This document shows, one piece after another, positions 9,606 to 18,884 of a stretch of 64,000 bases of DNA; within the stretch, counting starts at the first letter, position 1, and every line of letters begins with the position of its first letter. Origin of the DNA: a virus; IMG/VR virus record IMGVR_UViG_3300030110_002054, positions 12,802-76,801 of that record, one strand, 5' to 3'. A program made the translations under genes and the position numbers. The notes beneath the pieces are model-generated. The model was not told where the DNA came from. It was given only the letters and a program-made list of their open reading frames with translations, and made no database searches.

Positions 9606-9904
9606 ACTGATTTCACACCTCTCCTATGTTGTTCCTTTATATCGGAAAGCCTATAATCGGCTAAAAACAGACCATTTCCTCTAGTCGTTATTTCCTCTAT
9701 TTCATGCTCCTCTACAGGCTCTGCTTTCGGTTTGCTCTTGCTGGCCTTCCTGACATATGGAGTGAGTGTGTTTCGCCTGTATTGCTCTCTCCACATCACC
9801 TGTATGCAATCATCACACAACCTACCATCCTTCGCTACTTTCTTGCTAGGCTCTTTGTAGTCAGCACCACAAAGTGTCTCGTCTAATATACGGAAGTGAA
9901 TCAT
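9602..9904 (-). CDS. Zinc-finger hypothetical protein
   Basis: H...TLCG...LCDDC pattern. Confidence 0.6.
   Translation of the reverse strand: MIHFRILDETLCGADYKEPSKKVAKDGRLCDDCIQVMWREQYRRNTLTPYVRKASKSKPKAEPVEEHEIEEITTRGNGLFLADYRLSDIKEQHRRGVKSV
9629..9651 (-). promoter_or_regulatory. Conserved 23-bp element, copy 2
   Basis: Exact copy lying inside the 3' end of ORF 9602-9904. Confidence 0.8.
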
Positions 9905-10140
9905 TTCTCCTTCTCCTTGAAGTCAGGATGTTCTGGCTTCAACCTATGTCGTCTTCTATCCTTCATGTTCTCAAGCAACAGGAGCACGTTCTTCGCGGCC
10001 GAGTCCCAACGCTTGCCTGTCACCTTGTCATCTACCATCAAATCCCGTAGGGACTCAAGGTCTACACTCTCAATTAGTTCATTCAATATCTCAAACTCAA
10101 CATGAGATACACTCGTTGCTCTTCCTTCTTTCACTTTCAT
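9901..10140 (-). CDS. Hypothetical protein
   Basis: 79-aa ORF with an upstream AAGGAG SD. Confidence 0.7.
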   Translation of the reverse strand: MKVKEGRATSVSHVEFEILNELIESVDLESLRDLMVDDKVTGKRWDSAAKNVLLLLENMKDRRRHRLKPEHPDFKEKEK

Positions 10141-10231
10141 CTCTCCTTTTCATTTTGCTGTTGCCTTATAACTGTAGTTTGCGTAGTTCATATACCCTCA
10201 GTTTTTTTCACTTTCAGTTTAACAGGATAAC

Positions 10232-10516
10232 CTAAGCCACATTTTTTTCGGGCTGTCTTTCCTTCTGTTCCTGCTCATCATCATACTCGCTGATGAAGTC
10301 AACAAGTCTGGGTATGAGTTCCCTCACCTGCTCTGCTGTCAGTCTGACTCCGTGTCGTGTGTGTTGGTTCTTTCCATCTTGTACATTCATGATTCTGAAG
10401 TCCAACCAAACCTTGTCGTAATAGTCAACTCGCCTAACGGCAACGTCTCCCTTGCCATCCTTCCACTTGCCTTCCATGCTCACTGAACGCCAGACGTGCT
10501 CTTCGCCCATCTTCAC
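10232..10516 (-). CDS. PC4/Sub1-like ssDNA-binding or transcription coactivator protein
   Basis: VRRVDYYDKVWLDFRIM...TRHGVRLTAEQVREL matches the PC4 fold signature. Confidence 0.7.
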   Translation of the reverse strand: MKMGEEHVWRSVSMEGKWKDGKGDVAVRRVDYYDKVWLDFRIMNVQDGKNQHTRHGVRLTAEQVRELIPRLVDFISEYDDEQEQKERQPEKNVA

Positions 10517-11235
10517 TCCTCCTCGTCAGCGAGACCCCATCTCTCAACACTCATGCAATACGTACCCCACATCCATGAGGGAACACGCTCACCTGTGTCT
10601 GGGTCTTTGCTTCCAAGCACTACTCCTAACTCAGGGTTCTCGGCATCAGCCATCTCGACCATCTGCTTCCTCGTCATGCATTGTCTTAGAGTCCCTTCGG
10701 TGTTTACGAATCTCATGAACAGGTAATCACCAGCAAGAAGATGGAAATCATCTGGGTCTATCTTAGTGACATGCCCACACGAGCATGGTAGGTCATAAGC
10801 CCACACCTCAACCTCGTGTGTGTTGCCATCCTCAAGTAGAATCTCCTGCTCTCCCTCGAAACTAGGGCGAGCCGTCTCCAATTCCAGTTCGGCTAGTTTG
10901 TGTCCACATTCAACACACGCCCAAGACTTCGCTATCTCCATCCTGTGTGCTGTCTCCTGTGCGTAGGCCTCCTCGGATGACGCAGGTGGGTCGTATTCCA
11001 CCTCATCACCCATGACCATGTTTATTCCAACACTCATCATGATTGTTGCAAACCTCATGTGGTTCTCCTGAACTGTAGGATGATTCATCATACGAATCAC
11101 TTTCCAACTGTCGTCAGTTACCTTCTGGTATGTCAGCCCCGTTCCCTCTGGACTCCACACACCACCGATACCCATGTTATCGAAGTGTTCTTTCGCCCAC
11201 GTCTTCATTTCTTCATTTATCTCAAACTCGCTCAT
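10513..11235 (-). CDS. Zinc-binding hypothetical protein
   Basis: CVECG and CSCG pairs in 240 aa. Confidence 0.7.
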   Translation of the reverse strand: MSEFEINEEMKTWAKEHFDNMGIGGVWSPEGTGLTYQKVTDDSWKVIRMMNHPTVQENHMRFATIMMSVGINMVMGDEVEYDPPASSEEAYAQETAHRMEIAKSWACVECGHKLAELELETARPSFEGEQEILLEDGNTHEVEVWAYDLPCSCGHVTKIDPDDFHLLAGDYLFMRFVNTEGTLRQCMTRKQMVEMADAENPELGVVLGSKDPDTGERVPSWMWGTYCMSVERWGLADEEE

Positions 11236-11536
11236 CTATTGCATCTCCTGTGTTTTCCTGTTCCACCAACTGCTCGCATTCCCAACAAGGGAATAGACTG
11301 TGCGTGTCGGTAATCACAACCACACTCCCGTCTTGTATATCACTTTTACACAAAGGACAGCATGCTAAAACCTGTTTGGCAGGCATGGCCGCGAGTACTT
11401 CGCGTTCCTCACCTTTGTATGTGATATACATCACTTCTTCGCACAGTTCGGCTATTTCTCCCATGCTATTCACAAACTTCCCATAGGGAAGAAATGACTT
11501 CGTAGTCAGAGTGTATTCAACGTACTTCTCAGACAT
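11222..11536 (-). CDS. Zinc-finger hypothetical protein
   Basis: CPLC and CWEC pairs. Confidence 0.65.
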   Translation of the reverse strand: MSEKYVEYTLTTKSFLPYGKFVNSMGEIAELCEEVMYITYKGEEREVLAAMPAKQVLACCPLCKSDIQDGSVVVITDTHSLFPCWECEQLVEQENTGDAIDERV

Positions 11537-11658
11537 TGTGCATCACATCCATGTGTTTTGGTGGTGACGGTAGGGATGTATAAAACACAAACGAACTTCC
11601 GATGACTGCTTTTTGTAGCCCCCGCCACCACGAGACTACAGCAATCAAGGAATGTAAA

Positions 11659-12237
11659 TTAGAATAGGTAAACATCGTCACCACCCTGTGGTATGTCTGT
11701 GTCAATAAGGTCTTCCACAACATGCCCGCCCATCATATCTGAGAGTGTCTTTACCCACTCATCTTTATCGAAGTACGGTATGTCTGGGCATTTCTTGTCT
11801 GCGAAAACCTTCGCATCATCCAACTCCCAGAATCCCTTCTTGACACCATCGAATGCTATACCAATCAGAATCCTCTGATTGTTTTCTATGCTCTCTTTAT
11901 CCACCTTACAATACAACTTCTTGACCATAGGGTCAGAGTTCAGATTGTAGGCAAGGCCACGTGCAAATGACAGGGGTATATTCTCCCTCTCACTCACGTT
12001 GCTGTAGAGAATCTCCCAACCTATGTCATCCATAGTATCGACTTGACTCAACATGGCTGAGTCCATGACATACATGGAATGCATGTGAGCAGTGTCATGT
12101 GCCTCATTGTGTATACGTTCCTTGGCTTTGTTCCTCATCTTAGTGTAGGACATAGCCTCTTCGGGTATTGGTGTGTCGTTCACCTTTTCTGCAACACCAT
12201 AGAGTATGTCGTATATGTTCTGTGTTGTAATACTCAT
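11659..12237 (-). CDS. Hypothetical protein
   Basis: 192-aa ORF. Confidence 0.7.
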   Translation of the reverse strand: MSITTQNIYDILYGVAEKVNDTPIPEEAMSYTKMRNKAKERIHNEAHDTAHMHSMYVMDSAMLSQVDTMDDIGWEILYSNVSERENIPLSFARGLAYNLNSDPMVKKLYCKVDKESIENNQRILIGIAFDGVKKGFWELDDAKVFADKKCPDIPYFDKDEWVKTLSDMMGGHVVEDLIDTDIPQGGDDVYLF

Positions 12238-12377
12238 TCTTCTCGCTCCTCCTGTGCTTTCATCAGACTCAAAACGTACTCAAGTGCCTCAATCCAACCC
12301 CCTCTATTACCAACATCGCCGTAATACTCTTGGAATCCCTTGAGTATGTTCAGTTTTGCTTGTATCTCGTTTCTCAT
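12234..12377 (-). CDS. Small hypothetical protein (MRNEIQAKL...GWIEALEYVL)
   Basis: 47-aa ORF found manually, with ATGA overlaps on both sides. Confidence 0.55.
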   Translation of the reverse strand: MRNEIQAKLNILKGFQEYYGDVGNRGGWIEALEYVLSLMKAQEEREE

Positions 12378-13006
12378 TCGATGTATGCCCCCATCACTTC
12401 TACCTCTTGTGTTGCAATACTCTCCCCTATGAGTTCAGGGTTAAGAATTGCATTGGTCACAGGCACGGCTTCAACACGTATCTGTTGCCTACCGGACATC
12501 TTGGTCATGGTCATGTCATTGATTTGTGCTGACACCTCATCTACGAGTTTGGCATGCTTCGCATACTTGTCCTTCCAGTGCTTGGCCAAGTCCTTGTCAG
12601 TGCTGATGGACATCTCAAGTCCTTCCTTGAGTGCCTCGGCAATACGTGTGTAGGCCGCTTTGCCCAACACACCTACCTCATCCGAACCCTCAGGCACTAG
12701 CATACCCACAATCATGTCCAACAGGATGTTCCTCTGTAGGGTGAGAGGCACTTTCATCGGTATCCTCTGCTCCCATCCGGCTTCCTTCCTGTATCCGTGC
12801 CCATGTGTCCTGCCTCCTGTGTGTGGCTCTGTCTGTATCATGACGGTCGAACCCGTCATCATATCCATGACCATTATCTCAGGGTCACTGAAGTACTCCT
12901 CACTATCATCATGGCGAGCCTTCTCCGCTTTCGTTATTATCGCTCCCAGTGATGCGAGTGCTTTACCCACACCATCTGTCCATTTCATCTGTTCTGCTTG
13001 TTTCAT
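12374..13006 (-). CDS. Hypothetical protein
   Basis: Start reassigned to MKQAEQ (13006), downstream of element copy 3 and a GGAG SD. Confidence 0.7.
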   Translation of the reverse strand: MKQAEQMKWTDGVGKALASLGAIITKAEKARHDDSEEYFSDPEIMVMDMMTGSTVMIQTEPHTGGRTHGHGYRKEAGWEQRIPMKVPLTLQRNILLDMIVGMLVPEGSDEVGVLGKAAYTRIAEALKEGLEMSISTDKDLAKHWKDKYAKHAKLVDEVSAQINDMTMTKMSGRQQIRVEAVPVTNAILNPELIGESIATQEVEVMGAYIE

Positions 13007-13020
13007 ACATCTCTCCTCTC

Positions 13021-13043
13021 TTGTTCCTTTATATCGGAAAGCC
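13021..13043 (-). promoter_or_regulatory. Conserved 23-bp element, copy 3
   Basis: Exact copy in an intergenic position, with TATAAA ~25 nt upstream of ATG 13006. Confidence 0.8.
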
Positions 13044-13114
13044 CACAACTATCGCACTTTCCCCTTCGGTCGTGCCCCCAATGCACCTTAGCCCCACACC
13101 ATCTGCATGCAAGC

Positions 13115-13492
13115 CTATTCCTCACCTTGCATCATCTCCTTCATCTTCTCGTTGTAGAAGGGGTTGTCTACAACCTTGATATCATCAAACACAATCTGCC
13201 TGAAGTTCACGGTCTGACCATAGACATACGACGCACCCTCGTCGGGAACGCCTAGCATCTCGGTCATCTTAGGCGAGTGGTCTACACCCAGACTCATGTC
13301 ATCAGGGTTAGCCGTGAATGGAATCAGGACAACCTTTTCTGCATCTCGTCTGGTAAAGCAAATCCACCTCGCACTTGCCTCTAGGTTAGTCGAGCAGTAC
13401 ACCTCACCGAAGCGTGGCTGTATGCCGTTGCCTAGTATGCTTGTCAGGTTCTCATACGGACTGGCGTGCCAGTACACCTGTGTCTTACTCAC
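13115..13492 (-). CDS. ADP-ribosyltransferase-fold protein (DarT/KptA-like)
   Basis: YWHASPYENLTSILGNGIQP...VYCST matches the H-x-S/T...I...G-I/L-x-P...VY-x-S ART signature. Confidence 0.6.
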   Translation of the reverse strand: MSKTQVYWHASPYENLTSILGNGIQPRFGEVYCSTNLEASARWICFTRRDAEKVVLIPFTANPDDMSLGVDHSPKMTEMLGVPDEGASYVYGQTVNFRQIVFDDIKVVDNPFYNEKMKEMMQGEE

Positions 13493-13995
13493 GCTGTCAC
13501 CTCCACGCCTCGCCACCAGTCAGGAGCAGGTGTTCCCTTCTCCCACTTGGCGAATGTCTTGGAATGGTAGTAGGTACGGTAGGCCTTGACTGCATCCTCG
13601 TGTTTGAACTCGTCAGGCATGGCCTGAGCGAATGGGGTAAGTTCCCCTTCAGGTAAGTCTAGTTCCATATTGTACATGTGGATGATGGGTATGGTGCATG
13701 CGTGTTCCTTACCGAACCTCTTCCAATACTCACTGAGCAACCTGTACGCATGGTCTGCTAACCAGTCGAAGTTATCCTGAGTCTCTCCCGCCCAGACTGT
13801 GCATGGATGATGCTGATAACCACCCTTGTATGGTGTGCCACTCTTGGTCAGTGGCATGTCCTCGTCTGTTGCACCATGTCTACGCAAGGCTGATGCCATC
13901 ATCTGTGCTGACTCCACCACCATCTTCGGGATGTGCTTGTCGCACATCATACGGGCTGAGGCATAAGGGTCTTTATCCAACACGAATATGTTCAT
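13489..13995 (-). CDS. Pyrimidine-dimer DNA glycosylase/DenV-like family protein
   Basis: MNIFVLD..P..SA...CDKHIPKMVVESAQM, HHPCTVW, EYxxRFGKEH, FAQAMPD and AYRTYY motifs. Confidence 0.75.
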   Translation of the reverse strand: MNIFVLDKDPYASARMMCDKHIPKMVVESAQMMASALRRHGATDEDMPLTKSGTPYKGGYQHHPCTVWAGETQDNFDWLADHAYRLLSEYWKRFGKEHACTIPIIHMYNMELDLPEGELTPFAQAMPDEFKHEDAVKAYRTYYHSKTFAKWEKGTPAPDWWRGVEVTA

Positions 13996-14165
13996 GCTGT
14001 CACCTCGTCTATGGCCTCAGAGATGTCCATGTCTTCACGCATGTATGTTTGGATAGTCGCTTTCAGGTTTAGGTTTTCTAGAACCCTCCACATGTTGTCC
14101 AGTTCCTCTTCGAGTTCCTTGACTCGCCTCTTGGATATGGCTAAGGCTATGTGTGTTCCACTCAT
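13992..14165 (-). CDS. Small hypothetical protein (MSGTHIALA...)
   Basis: 57-aa ORF found manually, with ATGA overlaps. Confidence 0.55.
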   Translation of the reverse strand: MSGTHIALAISKRRVKELEEELDNMWRVLENLNLKATIQTYMREDMDISEAIDEVTA

Positions 14166-14425
14166 TCTTTCTTGCCTCCATTAACAAGAGCATCGTAATC
14201 AATATAGTGCATTCTTACAGCAAGTTCACCCTTCCAATTCTCAACTTCGTATTCTAAGTCCTTGACTTGCTCACGCAACCGCTCGACTTCTGCTAGGAGA
14301 AGTGGTGCGTCTGCTATGAGTTGTTCGTCTGCATCTCTAAGGTATCTCGCAGTAGCCCAATTCGCATACTTACTCCAAGTTTCTTTATCTTCTGTGTGTC
14401 CTTCGTATTTGTCTGTATCAATCAT
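14162..14425 (-). CDS. Hypothetical phage protein
   Basis: Contains ADEQLIADAPLLLAEVERLR, a motif common in small phage accessory proteins. Confidence 0.65.
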   Translation of the reverse strand: MIDTDKYEGHTEDKETWSKYANWATARYLRDADEQLIADAPLLLAEVERLREQVKDLEYEVENWKGELAVRMHYIDYDALVNGGKKE

Positions 14426-14799
14426 TCTTCCTCACCTTCCATGTCGTCAGCGAACTTCCAAACCCTACACATGATATCCAAGTCACGCATCTCGGCTTGC
14501 CTAAACTGCTCTCTGGTGATGTAGTTGTGGTAGTCACTTCCAGACCATTCGCCTCTTGAGTCCTCTTCCAGTTGCCGTAGAACGTCGATGGCACATACCT
14601 CAACCTCTTCACCATTCTCGTCAGTCTCTTCGTACCATGTGTCGTGTTCCAACGAGTGTATCTCTTGGTCAAGCGTATCTCTCCACCCTTCTATCATCTG
14701 CTCGTGGTATTGGATACATGCCTCAGCGATTACCACATCTCTGAACTCCTGCCATCTCTCTATGAGAGCCTTGGTCTGTACACTCACTCTACCACCCAC
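14422..14799 (-). CDS. Acidic hypothetical protein
   Basis: 125-aa ORF in a coupled operon. Confidence 0.65.
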   Translation of the reverse strand: MGGRVSVQTKALIERWQEFRDVVIAEACIQYHEQMIEGWRDTLDQEIHSLEHDTWYEETDENGEEVEVCAIDVLRQLEEDSRGEWSGSDYHNYITREQFRQAEMRDLDIMCRVWKFADDMEGEEE

Positions 14800-14969
14800 T
14801 TGTCGGCTTCAATCACGTGCCAGACTTCTGTCTCTATCTCCTCGGCACTGTCGGTATCGCAGTAGTATGTCGCATCGCACGTTGCTTCCTCGAACGCCTT
14901 CTCCTCATCCTCGGCCTCTATGTGGAACACGTGGTACTCAATCACTCTCTTCGTCACCCTGTACTTCAT
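14784..14969 (-). CDS. Small hypothetical protein
   Basis: 61 aa with the MKYRV...IEAEDEEKA pattern common in small phage proteins. Confidence 0.6.
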   Translation of the reverse strand: MKYRVTKRVIEYHVFHIEAEDEEKAFEEATCDATYYCDTDSAEEIETEVWHVIEADKWVVE

Positions 14970-15409
14970 TCGTCATCACTCCCGAACAGTTGCACATCGT
15001 ATGTTCCATCGGCATCGACTGTGGTCAATGATGCGAAGGGAGCATCGAACATGCTCATCTGCATGACCCTCTCACGGATGTGTGTTGGGCAGTCTGTATT
15101 AGCACCCTCATCATCATGGCCTAGCAACAGGAAGTCTCCGTGCATTGACAACACGTTCCCAAGGGGCATGTTGCACACCTCCGCGATGAACTCACGAGCG
15201 ATGGGGTTGAGGGGTAGGCCTAGTAGCCTACCTTCCTCGTTCCCTATCAAGTCCCATGTCTGCTTGACACCGTTGAGGGTGATGTCATCACCCCCAGTCA
15301 ATGCGTATTCGATGAGTCCACCTACGGCTGACTGCATGTCGCTTAGGCCGTCTATGGAAATCGGTTCGACTTTCCCGTTGGTGCGAATCAACACTCCTAC
15401 GTTACTCAT
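14966..15409 (-). CDS. DUF3846-like protein
   Basis: LSDMQSAVGGLIE...NEEGRLLGLPLNPIA...GDFLLLG. Confidence 0.75.
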   Translation of the reverse strand: MSNVGVLIRTNGKVEPISIDGLSDMQSAVGGLIEYALTGGDDITLNGVKQTWDLIGNEEGRLLGLPLNPIAREFIAEVCNMPLGNVLSMHGDFLLLGHDDEGANTDCPTHIRERVMQMSMFDAPFASLTTVDADGTYDVQLFGSDDE

Positions 15410-15600
15410 TCAACCACCACCTCGTTACCTACTTCTTGTCCACAAGCGGAACAGAAGGGCATACCCTCTGTTGCACCTATGTGTCCATGAGTTCCAAAGC
15501 CTGCATTGCACCACTCCTTACCCTTGTGTGTATCAAACACAGGAGAGCACCGCATGCCGTCAGGCTTGTACTGGTATCTCGCTACCTTGAACGTGTTCAG
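15406..15600 (-). CDS. Small zinc-finger protein, possible CTG start
   Basis: Manual ORF (L)NTFKVARYQYKPDGMRCS...WC...H..H...FCSACG. The first ATG is at 15555. A CTG at 15600 overlaps the upstream TGA and follows a GGGGTGA SD. Confidence 0.5.
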   Translation of the reverse strand: MNTFKVARYQYKPDGMRCSPVFDTHKGKEWCNAGFGTHGHIGATEGMPFCSACGQEVGNEVVVE

Positions 15601-16814
15601 AGTGTCACCCCCATTGCTTCCATAGGGGTGACGTACTCCTCCAAGTCCACCACGCCGGATACAACATCCGACATGAGTTTGTGGACTGCGTGTAGTCGTG
15701 TGTCAAGAGCACCGATTGCTAGGGCACTTCCTGTAAGGACAGCGTTGCCCTTACCGCTCAGTGTGTTAGCACCGCTCCATGTAGGCTTGTGTGTCAGAAC
15801 ACCAGTGAGTACGTTGTAGGCATGGTATGCCGTACCGATTGCATCACCTTCGACCTTCACGAAGTCAGCCTCAGGTCTGTTCCAACCCATGAGTGCCGCA
15901 CGGAATCCGTAGCCTCTGGAGATGGAGTAGTCCACAACTGTATCAGTCTGCTTGTTTATCATGGGTGTTGCTTGAGGCAGGGAGAGAATCTTTCTCTCTC
16001 GTGCCGCAACTAGAAGTTTACCGAACAGGTCGTTGTCCATCCCGAAGGAAGTCATCGACTCAACCAGTTCGAGTTGCTCCACCACGTCATCAATCATACC
16101 TGCAATGGCGTTGCTGAACTTGGCGAAGTCAATCTTACCGACACCGTTCTTCGTGTGTCTCAAACTCGCTAGGTTCTTGGTCGATGTAGCAACCATACCG
16201 TTGGTACAGGCAAGCCTCTCTGCAACTCCGTTGATTTTCAGAGAACCGCTACCGTCAAGGCTGTTGTGAATAGACACACCATACTTGTACAAGTCCCCAA
16301 CATGTGTAAGGTCTGACTTCTCGTTAGCAACTACGTTGATATCCATTCGGGCTTTCTTGCCGTGGTCGTAGGCTGTTATCTTGAAGTCCCAGTTCTTCTC
16401 GTTGCAGTGCATTGCCAATGGAGCAAACACTTCTGGGTAAGACACACATGCATATCTCTTAGAGACTGCACCTAGTATAGCACCAACAGGTTGCTTCTCT
16501 GTCCTGACCTTGGGGTTCATGATGATGAACAGGTTGTTCTCACCGTTGTACGCATCTGTTACTGTGTACAGTCCGTCATCCACACCTGAATCCTCAGGAT
16601 GTTGGTCAACGTTCACCACAGCAGGCAACACGTAGGGTTTGAAGTCCCAGTCACAGACTGTCTTAGTCCTACCACCTTGGGTCAAGAAGGCAAAGCCTTC
16701 TCCTTCGTGAACTTGCATAGCACCACTAGCAATAGTGTGCGTATCCCAGTTCGGGCTTTCGTCATCGTTCGTCATATCGTTTGTATCAATGTTCATATTC
16801 ATATCAATCACCAC
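15597..16814 (-). CDS. DUF932-family protein
   Basis: HNSLDGSGSL...ERLACTNGM...LRHT signature and GTAYHAYNVLT. Confidence 0.8.
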   Translation of the reverse strand: MVIDMNMNIDTNDMTNDDESPNWDTHTIASGAMQVHEGEGFAFLTQGGRTKTVCDWDFKPYVLPAVVNVDQHPEDSGVDDGLYTVTDAYNGENNLFIIMNPKVRTEKQPVGAILGAVSKRYACVSYPEVFAPLAMHCNEKNWDFKITAYDHGKKARMDINVVANEKSDLTHVGDLYKYGVSIHNSLDGSGSLKINGVAERLACTNGMVATSTKNLASLRHTKNGVGKIDFAKFSNAIAGMIDDVVEQLELVESMTSFGMDNDLFGKLLVAARERKILSLPQATPMINKQTDTVVDYSISRGYGFRAALMGWNRPEADFVKVEGDAIGTAYHAYNVLTGVLTHKPTWSGANTLSGKGNAVLTGSALAIGALDTRLHAVHKLMSDVVSGVVDLEEYVTPMEAMGVTL

Positions 16815-18877
16815 TCCTCTGTTGTTCCTTTATATCGGGAAGCCCCCTTTCCACCGATGAAATCGGTTAGCATGCTCGCAGGAATCTCACCTGCATCCAC
16901 CATGCTCGTTAGCAACTCCGTTGCCAAGGCCTTCCTCTGTTCCTTCTCTCCACCATCCAGTATCCCTTTGACCACATCTCTCTTCTGAGAGACGATGCGA
17001 GAGAACCTCTCGTCAATCGTGTTGGAGACGCATAGGTAGACTGCGTGAACAACACTCGCATCCTGACCTATCCTATTCACTCTGTCCTCCGCCTGTTCCT
17101 CTACGGCAGGAGTCCACTCACGTTCCACGAACACAACCGTGTCTGCTTTGGTGAGTGTTATTCCCATGTTGGCCGACAGTATGTTAGCAACCAACACGTC
17201 TACGTTCCCTGCTTGGAAGTCCTCGATTATGGCCTGCCTCTTCTGTGCATTGACACCACCTTCGATGACTGCAACACGCAGGAACTCAGGGTTGAGTGTG
17301 TCCACTACTCGCTTCAACACATCTCTGTGATGTGTGTATACGATGACAGGCTTGCCTGTCTGTTCGTGGTACTGAGCCACCCATTCACAAGCCGAATGCA
17401 CCTTGAGCATCCCACAGTGATGTCTCAGACTCGTGAGCATGTTCAACACGAATCCCGCAGGGAGTGTGTTGTTCTGCTTGTGTTGCCTGTACTCATCCAA
17501 CCAACCAGACTGCAAGGTCTGGTATGACTTGACCCCAGATGCCGAAGGCTCGACTGCGAAGTCCTGCCTTATCTTGTCAGGTAGTTCCTCCATGACCTCC
17601 TTCTTCAGTCTGCGAAGCACGAAGTCCCTACTCACAGTGTGTAGTTCCTTCTCGTTGGAAGAACCGCGTGTGTCCCAACCGAACCCGTTGTGATATGCAT
17701 CGCAGTACCTCTGAACATACTTGAGCCATGACGGGAAGTCAACTGGTCTGAGCAGGTTCAGCGTGGTGAAGTACTCCTCAGGCCGACTGGTTATGGCAGT
17801 GCCACTGAGACAGAGCACGCTCTGTGTCTGCTTACCTATGTTGAGACAAGCCTGTGTCCTCTTGGCTGTCTTGTTCTTCAGGAAGTGAGACTCGTCGAAC
17901 ACACACAGGTTGAATCCCCTGTCCATGAGTTGCTCCTCTCTCTTGCCCATCAAGTCATAGTTCACTATGGTGAAGTCAGCATCTGCTATCTCACCCTTGA
18001 AACCGTTGACCACCTCGACACTCACGTCTTTGAGCCATGTGTCAATCTCCTTAGCCCAGTTGTACTTGACACTGGAGGGACAGACCACAAGCACAGGCCA
18101 TAGTTCCCTGTGAAGGGATGCGTATGCTATCGCTTGGATGGTCTTGCCTATCCCCATGTCGTCCCCGATGAGGCATCTCCCACCCGCAAGTTCAGCGAAG
18201 CGAACACCCACGTATTGGAAGGGGTACAACTCGCAACCATCGTTGAAGGTTTCAGACAACCTCTTCTGCATCTCGTCAACCGTGTGTGCGTTTGTCAACT
18301 CGACTGCACTGCTGATTGCTACACGCTCCGCATGTTTGGTGATGTACATCTGAACATCCTCAAGTTCGCTCACGACTGTGGCCAGTGGCTCGTAGACATC
18401 CTCTAATCTCTTGACTAGGAATCCTGCTTGCTTTATCGGTATCATCCAACGCTTGTTGTCGTTGTCCCACTTCCTGTTAGGAATGCCTTTGACAATCTCC
18501 TTGACCTCATCCCTCAGGGATGCATCCCTGATGAAAGGCCACTCCAAAGCCAACGCACCATCCACTATGTATGCTGAACACTTGCTCGCAGTACTCGTGT
18601 TTGAAGGGGCGGATGCTATGTACTCGTCAAGAGGAGCACTGTCGTACCCGAACCTCTCGATGATGGAAGCAGTAGTCTGCAACACATCCCTGTCGAAACG
18701 CACGTTCCACCTGCCGTCACTCCACTTGATGTTGTAGAATCCCTCAAGGGATTTCAACTCGGTCTTGAGTGCGTTGTTCAACTCAGGGTTGTAGGGATAG
18801 ACTATTGCAATACGCTTCGCCTGTCTTGGATACCTACGTTGTGTGTCCTGCCTCGTGTAGTACGTCTCTGTGTACAT
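16808..18877 (-). CDS. SNF2-family helicase (SMARCAL1/HARP-like)
   Basis: DDMGIGKT, DESH, LSGTA, MGITLT and EQAEDRVNRIGQ. Two N-terminal HARP-like repeats (YPYN.ELNNALK...W and WPF...VKGIPNRKWD..NKRW). Confidence 0.9.
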   Translation of the reverse strand: MYTETYYTRQDTQRRYPRQAKRIAIVYPYNPELNNALKTELKSLEGFYNIKWSDGRWNVRFDRDVLQTTASIIERFGYDSAPLDEYIASAPSNTSTASKCSAYIVDGALALEWPFIRDASLRDEVKEIVKGIPNRKWDNDNKRWMIPIKQAGFLVKRLEDVYEPLATVVSELEDVQMYITKHAERVAISSAVELTNAHTVDEMQKRLSETFNDGCELYPFQYVGVRFAELAGGRCLIGDDMGIGKTIQAIAYASLHRELWPVLVVCPSSVKYNWAKEIDTWLKDVSVEVVNGFKGEIADADFTIVNYDLMGKREEQLMDRGFNLCVFDESHFLKNKTAKRTQACLNIGKQTQSVLCLSGTAITSRPEEYFTTLNLLRPVDFPSWLKYVQRYCDAYHNGFGWDTRGSSNEKELHTVSRDFVLRRLKKEVMEELPDKIRQDFAVEPSASGVKSYQTLQSGWLDEYRQHKQNNTLPAGFVLNMLTSLRHHCGMLKVHSACEWVAQYHEQTGKPVIVYTHHRDVLKRVVDTLNPEFLRVAVIEGGVNAQKRQAIIEDFQAGNVDVLVANILSANMGITLTKADTVVFVEREWTPAVEEQAEDRVNRIGQDASVVHAVYLCVSNTIDERFSRIVSQKRDVVKGILDGGEKEQRKALATELLTSMVDAGEIPASMLTDFIGGKGASRYKGTTEEW
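16822..16844 (-). promoter_or_regulatory. Conserved 23-bp element, copy 4 (one mismatch)
   Basis: GGCTTCCCGATATAAAGGAACAA inside the 3' end of the SNF2 gene, upstream of the DUF932 gene. Confidence 0.75.
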
Positions 18878-18884
18878 GTCTGCT

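Noticed and set aside
13992-14165. Apparent gap or frameshift between the DenV-like gene and ORF 14162
   Set aside because: Re-reading gives an intact 57-aa ORF below the track's length cut-off.
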